Positions 10,651 through 21,108 of a stretch of DNA of 44,292 nucleotides are shown here, piece by piece. Origin of the DNA: Corallochytrium limacisporum Hawaii (lineage: Eukaryota > Protista > Pluriformea). The notes beneath the pieces were generated by a model, which was not told the origin of the DNA, made no database searches, and saw only the letters and a program-made list of their open reading frames with translations. The position numbers and the translations under genes are program-made. Each line of letters opens with the position of its first letter. Position 1 is the stretch's first letter. Location: positions 1 through 44,292 of the forward strand of contig PDIP01000081.1 in the NCBI GenBank assembly GCA_002811645.1. Direction: 5' to 3'.

Positions 10651-11616
10651 ATGGACGGAAATAGTGGCAGATACTTTGCTCCTAGATGGGACCACAACTC
10701 TCATGGCTCTGGATTAGGCTCACGCCAAAGTGCCTCGGGTTATGTTCCGCCGAGACAACCGGAACCACATTCCAGGGCTGCAGGCTTGAAGTCCAACGGA
10801 ACGAACTATGTGCCTGCACCCCCGACAAATTGGAGCGGTGGTCGAAGCTTGGCACATGCTAGAAATAGTCAGCCGTCAATGGATGACAAGAACTTTCCCA
10901 GCCTGGCCACCAATGGATCACGGGGCGGAACGCGTCCAGGAGTGAGCTGGGGGAGACAAGAGAATGGCACCAAGCGCGTCACGGGCCATCAATCTGTCGT
11001 TGGTGGCATGAGCCGCAGTGGACATGGTTTCCATAACATGCCACCTCGTAGGTCTGCCCCGTCGCTCCCCACGCAGAGTTCTTCGGTGAACAACCTGGTT
11101 CCGAAATTTGCTACCGCAAAAATTAGTCCCGATGGGAAGCAAGCGGGTGCAACATCTCCCCGGAGAGACGATACCAATGGAGATGCCATTAGCAATAAGG
11201 ATCGCATTGGTCAACTGTTGGGTTCGAGCTCTGTGAAACAGTCTAGTGGCCAGCCGATTGATATCCCCAAACAATCCGAGAACGGCAGCCAAAACGGAAC
11301 CCCTCAGCGCAGTGAAGCGATTGTCCACAAGAATCCGCTACTGAACGATGACTTGTTGAATCCACCGGGTGGAATGAACATGTCAAGAAGCTTAGAGGCA
11401 GAGGAGCGCTTCATGAAGAACTTGGGCTGGACCCCTTCAGAAGAAGCCAACCTTGAGATTCCGGAAGAAGAGAAACAGAAATTTGCCAACAGTAGAGATG
11501 TATTGGCGAAGCTAGCAGAGAAGAGGGGAATGACATCGCCGCCGACATCTCATCGTAGTAATCATGGTGAACTGGATTTGTCATCATCAGAGGATGAAAC
11601 CGACGAGGAAGAATAG
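10651..11616 (+). CDS. Vasculin/GPBP1-like protein
   Basis: Low-complexity G/S/N-rich ORF with DKNFPSL and C-terminal SRSLEAEERFMKNLGW..LEIPEEEKQKF, resembling the vasculin SLEAEHRLLKAMGW..LTEDELKEF block, plus acidic SSSEDETDEEE end. First ATG at 10651. Confidence 0.7.
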   Translation: MDGNSGRYFAPRWDHNSHGSGLGSRQSASGYVPPRQPEPHSRAAGLKSNGTNYVPAPPTNWSGGRSLAHARNSQPSMDDKNFPSLATNGSRGGTRPGVSWGRQENGTKRVTGHQSVVGGMSRSGHGFHNMPPRRSAPSLPTQSSSVNNLVPKFATAKISPDGKQAGATSPRRDDTNGDAISNKDRIGQLLGSSSVKQSSGQPIDIPKQSENGSQNGTPQRSEAIVHKNPLLNDDLLNPPGGMNMSRSLEAEERFMKNLGWTPSEEANLEIPEEEKQKFANSRDVLAKLAEKRGMTSPPTSHRSNHGELDLSSSEDETDEEE

Positions 11617-11698
11617 GGCTTCAAACGCTACCTATAACATTTGTTTGTCTCTTAGAACTTGAAAACAATACATATTATAATCCACATGTTATGTTGGT

Positions 11699-11797
11699 TG
11701 CGCGTTCTGGAAGTGTCTGCTACCTATTTTCTCATGCTGAGCCAGTTAGGCCATGCACGTTCTAGAAGCGTCTCTTTACCAATTTTCTCATGCTGAG
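11699..11797. repeat. Imperfect ~43-nt direct repeat (2 copies), each with a TTCnnGAA heat-shock-element core
   Basis: Copy 1 (11699-11741) tgcgcgTTCtgGAAgtgtctgctacctattttctcatgctgag; copy 2 (11754-11797) tgcacgTTCtaGAAgcgtctctttaccaattttctcatgctgag. Confidence 0.85.
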
Positions 11798-11846
11798 TTG
11801 GCACCACTTCATGTGTTCGAGGGGCCTTCTCCCCTTCACCTGAGGA

Positions 11847-13466
11847 ATGGCGTGCACGTACTTGAGAAAAAGAAATAAATTAACCGGGACCACTGTTTGG
11901 CATATCATTGTAACGACGCAGCTTCATGAATGGTTGTACACAATGCAGCCAGAGCTGCTGGGCCATAAATTTGAAGGCCACGGGAAATCGGTACGGACGG
12001 ATGATGTAGGGAGTGTGGCTCTGGCCGTCCGATTCGGTGACATCTTTCTTCCTCAGAGAATTCTTTCAGCTCTGAACAATGCTGGTTTCCAGTATTTGTC
12101 TCCTGTTCAGGCAGCCGCACTGCCTGCTGCTCGAAAAGGGCGATCACTGATAGCGACAGCGAAATCTGGCACTGGCAAAACTCTCATCTTTGTGATCAGG
12201 GCTTTGGAAATGATCAGGAAAGGGGACACTGGTGTGCAAGTAATTGGTATCGCCCCTACCCGAGAAGTGGCGGTCCAAATCGGAAGCATTCTAAAAACGC
12301 TAGCAGGAGCGCTTTCTCATATAAGGATTTGTGAAGTGATTGGCGGATTCAGCTTGCGGGAAGACGTTCTTACTCTGGGCGAAAAACCGAATATTGTCAT
12401 TGGTACCCCGGGAAGGCTGCGACATCTCTTGACTGAGGGATACCTCAAACTTGATCGTGTCCAATTAATCTTCTTCGATGAGGTGGACAAGCTCTTTAGT
12501 CCTAAGGAAGACTTTCTGACCGACTTGGTTGCAATCAAGTCGGCTACGGGACCGCAAACACAAACGATTTGCACTACGGCAACTCTTAGTCGGTCACTTT
12601 CGGAGAAGTTGGTATCCCTGAACATGATTCCCGAGGACCACGATGTTTTCGAAGTACAAGGAGGCGATGTCCGATTGCTTGGAGTGAAGCAGTGCATTAT
12701 TCTGCAAGATGGAACCCCATCGTCCAACGTTGTGTATAACATTCTACTGGATGTTCCACATCGCCAAGCCATCGTATTTGCTGAGTCTGCTGGCCCTGCC
12801 CATGCCCTGGCTTGTGACCTTTGCGATCGCGGAATTTCTGCGGCCTTTCTGTCTGGTGAGATGGTGCAGCTTGATAGGATGGAAATCCTTGATCTGTTCA
12901 GACAACGGAAGCTAAAGGTACTTGTGTGCACAGACTTGGCGGCCAGGGGCATTGATATCTCCGGTGTCAATTTGGTGATCAATGTTGGGCTATCTTGCTC
13001 ACCACAGACATATACACATCGGGTTGGTAGGGCAGGGCGTTTTGGTGGCCTTGCGGTTGCTGTATCCCTTTGCCCACAAGAAGAGAGCGATGCATTCAAT
13101 CAAGCTATGGGGACCATGTACGGTGATTACATCCAGGTCATTGATCCTGATGACCTTCAGATGTTTATTGCAGATCGCAAGTTGAACGGGATGGTAGAAG
13201 AGCCTACCAGCTACATGACTTCTGTCTCGGCTGCCGCAAGGATTTCGAAAGTGAGATTTGTAAAGAACACTAATCAAGCCAAGGCAAATGAGTATTGTCA
13301 CGTTCATACAAGTGATCACAACGCCTCACAAAGCCATCAGATTCCTGTTCCTAACCGGGAAATTGATGAGTTCATCTCCATCTTCTTCAGACACTACCGC
13401 GCCGAGCTTGCGGACAGGATTGAGGGCACGGCATCATCTTCAAAACAGGGACATTGTGATCACTGA
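11847..13466 (+). CDS. DDX20: DEAD-box RNA helicase, DDX20/Gemin3-like
   Basis: Q motif GFQYLSPVQ, AKSGTGKT (DDX20-type), APTREVAVQI, GTPGR, DEVD, TAT, LLGVKQ, TDLAARGID..VNLVIN, HRVGRAGRFG. The start may instead be the ATG at 11943. Confidence 0.75.
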   Translation: MACTYLRKRNKLTGTTVWHIIVTTQLHEWLYTMQPELLGHKFEGHGKSVRTDDVGSVALAVRFGDIFLPQRILSALNNAGFQYLSPVQAAALPAARKGRSLIATAKSGTGKTLIFVIRALEMIRKGDTGVQVIGIAPTREVAVQIGSILKTLAGALSHIRICEVIGGFSLREDVLTLGEKPNIVIGTPGRLRHLLTEGYLKLDRVQLIFFDEVDKLFSPKEDFLTDLVAIKSATGPQTQTICTTATLSRSLSEKLVSLNMIPEDHDVFEVQGGDVRLLGVKQCIILQDGTPSSNVVYNILLDVPHRQAIVFAESAGPAHALACDLCDRGISAAFLSGEMVQLDRMEILDLFRQRKLKVLVCTDLAARGIDISGVNLVINVGLSCSPQTYTHRVGRAGRFGGLAVAVSLCPQEESDAFNQAMGTMYGDYIQVIDPDDLQMFIADRKLNGMVEEPTSYMTSVSAAARISKVRFVKNTNQAKANEYCHVHTSDHNASQSHQIPVPNREIDEFISIFFRHYRAELADRIEGTASSSKQGHCDH

Positions 13467-14020
13467 ACGAACATCACCAGTGGATACGGGACTTCATCCT
13501 GCATGCAAAGTATCCATGCATGCATGCCTGAGAGGAACCGGTTCAGGCAAAGCCAAGAATTGAGCGTTCCCCACTGTAATTGTAAATTAAAGAAATCAAT
13601 CCCATATATTTTCTACGCAGCCTGTCCCCTAGCAAATCACTTTCGTCGCCCGCAGAGAAAGCCATTTGCAGCCCTGCTCGCATAGTGCCTGTGGCGTCCG
13701 GGGTCAGCAAATCGGTTGCCGGGACTATATGTTTTGCGCTGAAGCCACATAAGCTTTCGCACAACTCGCAATATAGCTACAGCGCCAGCCGCAACCCGCT
13801 GCATCGCACGAAAACCCTAAGGCAACCGGGGAGACGCAGCGGCTTATATCGCTCGAGTAGGAGGAAGTACGTCAAGCAAGAGTCATTGTAGCGTCTTAGG
13901 ATTACGCCTCGGCTCTAATTGCTGAGTAATTCGGACTTGGGTTAGACGTGGTTTGCTGACCCAAGCGGCCTGTTCTTTTGTGTGTGTGACCTTGTCAATT
14001 CGTCAAAAGTGTGTGGCAAG

Positions 14021-14075
14021 GTATGTATTGATGGACACTTCGGGTGGCAGGGTTCTTGTTCAGTTCTATTATTAG
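14021..14075 (+). other. Candidate 55-nt 5'-UTR intron of the R3HDM4-like gene
   Basis: AAG|GTATGT ... ttctattatTAG|G ending 15 nt before the ATG at 14091. Confidence 0.45.
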
Positions 14076-14090
14076 GAAGAGACTCTCACA

Positions 14091-14969
14091 ATGAGGACAT
14101 CTGCGGCAATGGGATCAGCAACGGTTGCGCCTATGTTTGACCTCTTTGAGGCCGAAACTGAGCACGGAACACTCACTAAGGGTCCAGGAAACAGTTCCGG
14201 TGTGTCAGCAACCCAAGGAGAAGAGACATTGAGGAGACTCTATGTCCAACAGCAACGTCGAGCAGACCCGTTCTACGAAGACACAGTGCTTAGGGATCGC
14301 AATGGTAAGCGGTTACGACCGGGAACGAAATCATGGAACCGTATGGCGACCAAAAAGTATCTAGAAGACCGCTTTGATGAGGTAGAGGATGAGGACCTGG
14401 AAATTTACGTTGCAAGGCCCTCAGTATTTGCAGAGATTTTGAAGCAACCGGGTATAGACGAGTGGGGTAAATTTCTCAACACAAGCGAACAGAGTCAATT
14501 TGACTTAATGAAACCAAACACTAGGCCTGGACATGCCATCAAGAATGCCATGCTACATGATGACAATGCCACCGCGGCCATGCGTTGGCAAACTATTGAT
14601 CGCAGACTGCGTACTGGAATCAGGAAGGCAAACGTACCAGAGGGCATGCTGCGTTCTTTAGAGGTAGATATCATCGGGTTGATGAGTGGAGCTAAACAAG
14701 GATATGTTGACTATGAAGCAGAAAGCAGTTTTGAGCGCCTGATTCTTCACGCTGTGTGCCAGTACCACCATTTTGCTTCAAGCAGTAAGTACGAGTGTAC
14801 TGTGACCTTTGATGCACTACAACACCTTTACTAACAATTGTAATCGTCTGACTCTTCTCCACAACTTACAGGCATGGACATTGGTGACAAACGCATCACC
14901 CGGATCGAACTCCAAGATTCACGCTTCTCGCCGTGCAGTGTCCTCCTTGCAGACCATCTCTTTATGTAA
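14091..14969 (+). CDS. R3HDM4: R3H domain-containing protein 4-like; exons 14091-14784 and 14872-14969
   Basis: GTKSWNR..KYL, SVFAEIL..WGKFLN, RWQTIDRRLR, SSFERLILHAVCQY (R3H). Splicing gives in-frame ..SSS MDIGDKRITRIELQDSRFSPCSVLLADHLFM*, which resembles the R3HDM4 C-terminus. Confidence 0.85.
14785..14871 (+). other. 87-nt U2-type spliceosomal intron
   Basis: GTAAGT donor, TACTAAC branch point (14829-14835), ttaCAG acceptor; removal restores the frame and the rest of the R3H domain. Confidence 0.9.
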
Positions 14970-15909
14970 GCCGGTATCGCTACATATTCCAACTAACCTC
15001 ATCAATAGTATCATCTGACATCATCCATCATCCATTACACTCCATATATCCGACATCATTGAAGATGGCCACGAAGACAGTCAATGTGTCTGGAAACCGA
15101 CTCGCAGGACTCCATTGATTCTGTGAAGCACCGCATCATTATTGCTGTGTGTATGTTGATCAATTTCTCATCGTCCCCTCCCCGTCCGTTCGCTACTGAC
15201 GGTGACCAGGTGGGAGGGGACCTTGTCATAAACCAGCCCTCCGCCTGTCAGCACCCGCTTCAGGGGGTTCGCACCCCACAGCAACCACATACATAAAGTA
15301 TAGAACTGGTGCGCAGCTGGGTCAGGCGACAAAATATCGTACAACAACCACCCATCCCCCCCTCCCCTTCGCTCTCCGACAATAGGAGTCGTATTTTCCC
15401 ACCTTACAGCTGCGCTACCCTTTGTGTAAGTGTCGAAAGATGGAAGAGGGATCTAACTGCCCCTTCCCGAAGAAAATGACCCAGGACCGGCCTACCCCAG
15501 AGGCGTGACTGAAGAAAAATTTGCAGGAGGCCGGCATAGTGGGACTGACGGTGCCGGACGGATACTTCATCCACGACTTTATGGGGCGCGGTTGCGGTGT
15601 CTTTTAGAAAGTGCTCTGGGACGACAAGACGTTTTCTGGGACCTTTTCTGTACGTTGCGTGAATAAGCAAGAGGAGTTGAGACAGAGAATGGTACAGACT
15701 GTGGCGTTTTTTCATTGCGTCGTTGGTGTGTGCACGTAATAACAATAATAACTCTAAGGTATACATCAACTGCTGTCTTAGTATGGTACACATTCATTGT
15801 TATCTGAGCGATCACCAACTATGTATATAAGGCTAGCACTGTGAATATTCGGAAACTTGTGTATATTAGAACATTCCTTTACTGAGTAGCCTTTTCATAA
15901 ACAACAGCT

Positions 15910-16314
15910 ATGGGTTTCTTCACACCAGCCCTTCGGCAGGCAATGTCAGCAAGTGTCCGGGCGGCAAAGCCAAAGATGCGCCCGACAAAGGCAGCTCTCT
16001 CGATCACACCCATGGCTGTCCAGCGTTTGAAATATATCCTTGCACAGCAACCTGAAAGTAGCGCAATTAAAATTGGTCTCAGAACACGAGGCTGCAATGG
16101 CCTTTCGTACACAATGGACTATGCAGAGGAGAAAGGCAAATTTGACGAAGAAGTCGTTCAGGACGGAGTACGAGTCATCATCGATTCCAAAGCACTGATG
16201 TCGATCATTGGGACGGAAATGGACTTCATTGCTGACCCTATCAGATCGGAGTTCGTGTTCAACAACCCAAATGCCAAGGGAACATGTGGATGTGGTGAAA
16301 GCTTCAGCATTTAG
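15910..16314 (+). CDS. ISCA1: Mitochondrial iron-sulfur cluster assembly A-type protein
   Basis: Basic presequence, RTRGCNGLSY, KGKFDEEV, IIGTEMDF, FVFNNPNAKGTCGCGESF. Confidence 0.96.
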   Translation: MGFFTPALRQAMSASVRAAKPKMRPTKAALSITPMAVQRLKYILAQQPESSAIKIGLRTRGCNGLSYTMDYAEEKGKFDEEVVQDGVRVIIDSKALMSIIGTEMDFIADPIRSEFVFNNPNAKGTCGCGESFSI

Positions 16315-16803
16315 AGGATAGGCTGACCATGTATATGAAAAATGAGAAATCAACTACATTGACTGCATAGCATGACGTTTGCATCCCATGCGACATCGAT
16401 CATCCTTTTATTTAGAATAACTTATTACATAACATAGCGTACATTCCATTTTCGGGTGATCAGAGCAATCGCTCTGCAGTTGCAGTGACTTTATTGTCAA
16501 ATGTCAGTGCACTATGTATAGAACTGCCCACCCGTGTGTACTAATCAATTTCCTGGCGGGTCCGCAAAGCACTCCCGCACTCCACATTTTTTCTCTTCGC
16601 CTCCCTCCCACCCAACTGACCCACCCGAATGCGCGCGGTTGGAAAGCTCATGTGGACTGGTGGGACTTGGCACGATGCAGGTATAACATAAACTCTTTCA
16701 TTACTATTTACACGTATAACCTGTACATCGTATTCCATGAACCAGAAACTTGTCATGTGAGACATCAACGTAGAATCCTGTTGTTGTGGAGTCACAAGAC
16801 AAC

Positions 16804-19800
16804 ATGGCACCCAATATTGACGCCTTGTTCAAGGTGTTCCGAACCGGTGCCAATACAACAAATGGACAGAAGAATCACAAGAGACCTGCGGACGAAGAGG
16901 CCCATAATGGTCTGAAACTATTCAAAGCATTGCAAGAAACAGACAAATCAAAACCGGTAAACCAGAGCCTCCAGAATGGGATAGTGACGGAAGGCAATGG
17001 GATAAAGGGCGAGACCGAGAAATCATGCTACTTCCGCCCGGCTGAAGACACTCGCATTGAAACTCTTCAGACGGAAGGTTGTCTTCATGAGGTTGCTCTT
17101 CCGACGGGCCATGTACTAAAGCCTTTCACTGCCGCGGATCTACCAGAGGAGCCTGCATTTACGTTTCCATTTACCTTGGACCCGTTTCAGTCGAGATCAT
17201 GCCATTGTTTAGAACGGGGAGAGAGCGTGCTAGTGTCAGCACATACGTCTGCAGGCAAGACGGTTATTGCCATCTACTGCATTGCTATGAGCTTGCGGAA
17301 CAAACAACGTGTCGTATATACCTCGCCTATCAAGGCCCTAAGCAACCAAAAGTTTAGAGAGTTGCAGGAAGAATTTGGCGATGTTGGCCTCATGACGGGT
17401 GATGTGACCATCAACCCAAATGCCAGCTGTCTGGTTATGACAACAGAGATTCTTAGATCAATGCTCTACAGAGGATCAGAAATTTTGCGGGAAATTGCCT
17501 GGGTAATCTTTGATGAGATTCACTACATGCGTGACAAAGAGCGTGGTGTGGTTTGGGAAGAGACATTGATCATGTTGCCGGACAACGTATCCTATGTTTT
17601 TCTCTCTGCCACAATTCCCAATGCTGCCCAGTTTGCAGATTGGATTTGCCAATTGCACAAGCAACCTTGTCACCTTGTGTACACGGAATATCGTCCTACG
17701 CCCTTGCAACACTACATATTTCCGTCCAACGGTGATGGGCTACACTTGATCGTGGATGAAAAGGGTACATTTAGGACGGACAACTTTACAAAGGCAATGT
17801 CGTCGCTGTCAGAGAAGGATGATGCGCCAAAGAGTTCTGGGGGCAGTGGTAAAGGGAAAGCACGTGGAAATGATAAGGCCAAACAGGGACAGAACAGCGA
17901 CATTTACAAGATCATCAGGCTAATCATGTCACGAGGCTACGACCCTGTTATTGTCTTCAGTTTCAGTAAACGGGATTGCGAAAATCATGCTCTCAATCTC
18001 TCTAAACTCGACTTTAACAATGAAGACGAGAAGACTATGGTAGACACAGTCTTCAACAACGCTATGGCAACTCTAAGTGAAGAAGACCGGGGATTGCCGC
18101 AAGTCGAAGCCATTTTACCCCTTCTGAAGCGCGGAATTGGTATTCATCATTCCGGTCTCCTACCAATCCTGAAGGAAGTCATAGAAGTTCTGTTCCAGGA
18201 AGGTTTGATCAAAGCACTCTTCGCCACCGAGACTTTTGCTATGGGCCTCAACATGCCGGCTCGTACCGTCGTTTTCACGTCTGCTCAGAAGTTTGATGGA
18301 AAGGACTTTCGCTGGCTGACTGGCGGCGAATACATTCAGATGAGTGGACGTGCAGGTCGTCGAGGTTTAGATGACCGTGGTATCGTCATTCTCATGGTTG
18401 ACGAAAAGATGGAGCCACCGGTGGCGATGAGCCTTCTTAAGGGACACAGTGACCCACTTAATTCGGCTTTTCATCTGTCGTACAACATGATCTTGAACCT
18501 CCTGCGTCAGGAAGAGATTGGTCCAGAGTATATGATGGCACGGTCTTTCTTCCAGTATCAGAACAATGCCGCAGTCCCAGGTATGCACTCAAAGTTGAAG
18601 CAGCTGGAGGAAAATCTGGCTGACTATGACATTGAAAAGGAGACTGAGCTTGCCGAATACTTTACCATTCAGGAGCAGCTGCAGGCTCAAAAGGCTGCCA
18701 AGACCAGGATTGTGACAAAACCAGAACACATTAAGAGGTTCTTAAATCCTGGACGTCTACTGCATATAACGGTAAAAAAGGATGCAACCACGGATTGGGG
18801 ATGGGCTCCAATGATTAATTATAGGGAAACTCAGGACAAGGGTCAAATAGACATTTTGATCGATCTGTTGCTGCCCTGTGTGGTCAAGAGGAGTGGAAAG
18901 AAGGTTCCCATCTCACTCGGCGGCAATGGAAAAGAGACTAGGGACTATGAATTGGTGACCTTGCCCTTGTCCAGCGTTAGAGATATCAGCTGTCTCCGCA
19001 TGAAGCTCTTGCCCGATTTGAAGCCGAAGCCAAACCGCGAACGGATGGGCAGAGCTCTGGCAGAACTTCTGAAGCGCTACCCTGAGATGCCATTGCTCAA
19101 TCCTGAAATGGACATGGGCATTACTAGCCAGGAGATGAAGGATATTTTGCAGCGGATTAATGTCTTGCAGGATCGAAGCAAAAAGTTCAAGGATGTAAAC
19201 AGTGCCAGCTTCAAGCACCGCTACGTTCAGTTCAAGGATAAGCTCCGATGTCTCGAGGACATTCAGAGGGTCAGAAAAGAGATTCACAATGCCGAACAAA
19301 TCTTGCAAATGGAGGAGATGAAGGCACGTAAGAGGGTGCTTCGTAGGTTGGGATATATTACCTCTTCAGATGTTGTTGACGTCAAAGGGCGTGTGAGCTG
19401 CGAAATAAGCACAGGAGATGAACTACTGCTAACGGAGATGATCTTCAACGGGTTGCTCTCTCAACTCCCAATTGATATCTGTGTCTCACTGTTGTCATGC
19501 TTCACCTTCCAGGAAAAATCCAAGGATAATTCTGCTATGACGGACGCTCTCAAAAAGGCGTATGACCAAATGATTGACATGGCCAAGGTGATTGTCAAGG
19601 TCTACCAAGAATCTAAGCTAGACATCAGCGAAGAGGACTATTTGGAGTCGTTCCATCCGGACCTTATGAAAGTTGTGCTGAGCTGGTGTAATGGTGCCAA
19701 GTTCATTGAGATCCTCAAGCAAACTGACATTTTCGAAGGCAGCATCATTCGATCCATTCGTAGACTTGAGGAATTGTTGCGTCAATTGGCACAAGCCGCA

Positions 19801-19896
19801 AAGGCTATTGGCAATGTCGAGCTAGAAAACAAGTTCACAGAAGGCATCGTCTTGATTAAGCGTGACATTGTCTTTGCTGCGTCCCTGTATCTCTAA
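16804..19896 (+). CDS. MTR4: Exosome cofactor RNA helicase MTR4 (SKIV2L2/MTREX)
   Basis: FPFTLDPFQ, SAHTSAGKT, YTSPIKALSNQK, DEIH, QMSGRAGRRG, arch region, C-terminal IKRDIVFAASLYL. First ATG at 16804. Confidence 0.97.
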   Translation: MAPNIDALFKVFRTGANTTNGQKNHKRPADEEAHNGLKLFKALQETDKSKPVNQSLQNGIVTEGNGIKGETEKSCYFRPAEDTRIETLQTEGCLHEVALPTGHVLKPFTAADLPEEPAFTFPFTLDPFQSRSCHCLERGESVLVSAHTSAGKTVIAIYCIAMSLRNKQRVVYTSPIKALSNQKFRELQEEFGDVGLMTGDVTINPNASCLVMTTEILRSMLYRGSEILREIAWVIFDEIHYMRDKERGVVWEETLIMLPDNVSYVFLSATIPNAAQFADWICQLHKQPCHLVYTEYRPTPLQHYIFPSNGDGLHLIVDEKGTFRTDNFTKAMSSLSEKDDAPKSSGGSGKGKARGNDKAKQGQNSDIYKIIRLIMSRGYDPVIVFSFSKRDCENHALNLSKLDFNNEDEKTMVDTVFNNAMATLSEEDRGLPQVEAILPLLKRGIGIHHSGLLPILKEVIEVLFQEGLIKALFATETFAMGLNMPARTVVFTSAQKFDGKDFRWLTGGEYIQMSGRAGRRGLDDRGIVILMVDEKMEPPVAMSLLKGHSDPLNSAFHLSYNMILNLLRQEEIGPEYMMARSFFQYQNNAAVPGMHSKLKQLEENLADYDIEKETELAEYFTIQEQLQAQKAAKTRIVTKPEHIKRFLNPGRLLHITVKKDATTDWGWAPMINYRETQDKGQIDILIDLLLPCVVKRSGKKVPISLGGNGKETRDYELVTLPLSSVRDISCLRMKLLPDLKPKPNRERMGRALAELLKRYPEMPLLNPEMDMGITSQEMKDILQRINVLQDRSKKFKDVNSASFKHRYVQFKDKLRCLEDIQRVRKEIHNAEQILQMEEMKARKRVLRRLGYITSSDVVDVKGRVSCEISTGDELLLTEMIFNGLLSQLPIDICVSLLSCFTFQEKSKDNSAMTDALKKAYDQMIDMAKVIVKVYQESKLDISEEDYLESFHPDLMKVVLSWCNGAKFIEILKQTDIFEGSIIRSIRRLEELLRQLAQAAKAIGNVELENKFTEGIVLIKRDIVFAASLYL

Positions 19897-19943
19897 ATTA
19901 TACGTCACTATTAGTATACTATATGTAATGTCCACATATTGCA

Positions 19944-20498
19944 CTAGTGCAGAGATTTTCCATGAGTGTTCTGCATGTAACTGAGGAACATGTTCCAGAA
20001 AACTGTAGCTGTGGCCACATAGACAACCCTGAAGTGTCCTGGCACAAAGTAAAAGTTAATCATCTGAACTGGGGGCCATGCCGCGCAATCAATAATGTAA
20101 GTCGGCAAGAACTTTTTCTTAATGTTCGCGACGGCTTCTTCCAAGCTATTTCCTTCAAGCATCGCAGTGGTACCAAAAAAGAGGGTGAGCAAGGCAGGAG
20201 CCATAACCGTCTGATCTAGAAATATCTTCTTCGCAATGTTCTTGAACACCCGCTCCTTCGGAACAGCCCGGTCAAGCCACCTATACCAGAAATGGTTCAT
20301 GGGCCCAGTGACGATTCCCAAGCTGCCGATTCGTCCCGTTCGCGCGGCATCCCATCCCTGCCGATGTGGTTCATTTTGTTGCTGCAGGACATCGCCAGCA
20401 ATGCCCAGGGTGATGCAGCTTCCCACATTGGCCACAATAGGACGTTCCTGATAGAATCGTGAGATAGCACTAAGTGTACTGGCGATCCGCCCCTTCAT
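19944..20498 (-). CDS. Mpv17/PMP22 family membrane protein
   Basis: AGDVLQQ, WDAARTGR, GPMNHFWYRWLD, KKIFLDQ, WPPVQMINFYFVP..RVVYV..WNMFLS. First ATG at 20498. Confidence 0.92.
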   Translation of the reverse strand: MKGRIASTLSAISRFYQERPIVANVGSCITLGIAGDVLQQQNEPHRQGWDAARTGRIGSLGIVTGPMNHFWYRWLDRAVPKERVFKNIAKKIFLDQTVMAPALLTLFFGTTAMLEGNSLEEAVANIKKKFLPTYIIDCAAWPPVQMINFYFVPGHFRVVYVATATVFWNMFLSYMQNTHGKSLH

Positions 20499-21078
20499 GA
20501 CGCTGTGGCGCGTACTTCTGCGACTATTGTGTTGATCATTGGACTGAATTGTCGTGTCAGTATAATACAATGCTATAAAATATCATTGCCCACACTTTCT
20601 GCTATTATTTGATGTATGCTACTATACAACGAAAGTTGTGACTGGAGAACTGATGATGCGTACTTTAGTGTGCGTCTTGTGCATTTGCCACTAGTTCAGC
20701 AGCCGCCAACCGGACGTGCCCTTTATAGCTAGGAACCCAGAATGGCCGAGAGCATAACCTGTATAGCCATTCGCTCTGATCACCGGCCCCTATAACACCG
20801 TCACCAATGTCAAAGTACTGATTTCCGTCCCCGAGAAAGCGAGCGGAACGCTGTGGATGTCCACGACTCCGTTGCAGAGGTCTACGCACGCTACGTACCC
20901 AGTTCGCACCCGTGGGACCCACCCATGGCCACTGCCGCACTCCTCCATTTTTTCCGCGACCCCTCCCCCGCGCTATGCACACCAGGCGCATCAGCCAGCC
21001 CTAAGGGGTCTTGCCTGACGAACGGAAACAATGGGCGGGTTACTTGTCACCAGCGCTTAAGTAAGCGGTTCTGTTTTT

Positions 21079-21108
21079 GGGGAGGGGGTTTGGGGAGAAG
21101 GGGGGGGG
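21079..21108 (+). other. G-quadruplex-capable tract
   Basis: GGGGaGGGGGtttGGGGagaaG9. Confidence 0.7.

Noticed and set aside
11699-11797. Direct repeat as CRISPR array or LTR/TSD
   Set aside because: Only two diverged copies 12 nt apart, eukaryotic context, no cas or transposase genes.
12317-13099. 260-aa antisense ORF within DDX20, and similar antisense ORFs in NOC1, BTF3 and RPC1
   Set aside because: Shadow ORFs from codon bias on the opposite strand of well-supported genes.
13812-13820. AAACCCTAA (telo-box or telomerase-template-like)
   Set aside because: Single short occurrence, no telomeric array and no supporting RNA structure.
15440-15607. Short ORF ending GCG-TGA-C (yeast antizyme-like +1 shift site), also possible TGA readthrough or Sec
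   Set aside because: The +1 frame stops at once (GAC TGA); readthrough gives only ~55 aa with no recognisable motif, and no SECIS was seen.
15404-15793. 129-aa minus-strand ORF
   Set aside because: No recognisable motif; lies in the probable ISCA1 promoter/leader region. Not excluded, but unsupported.
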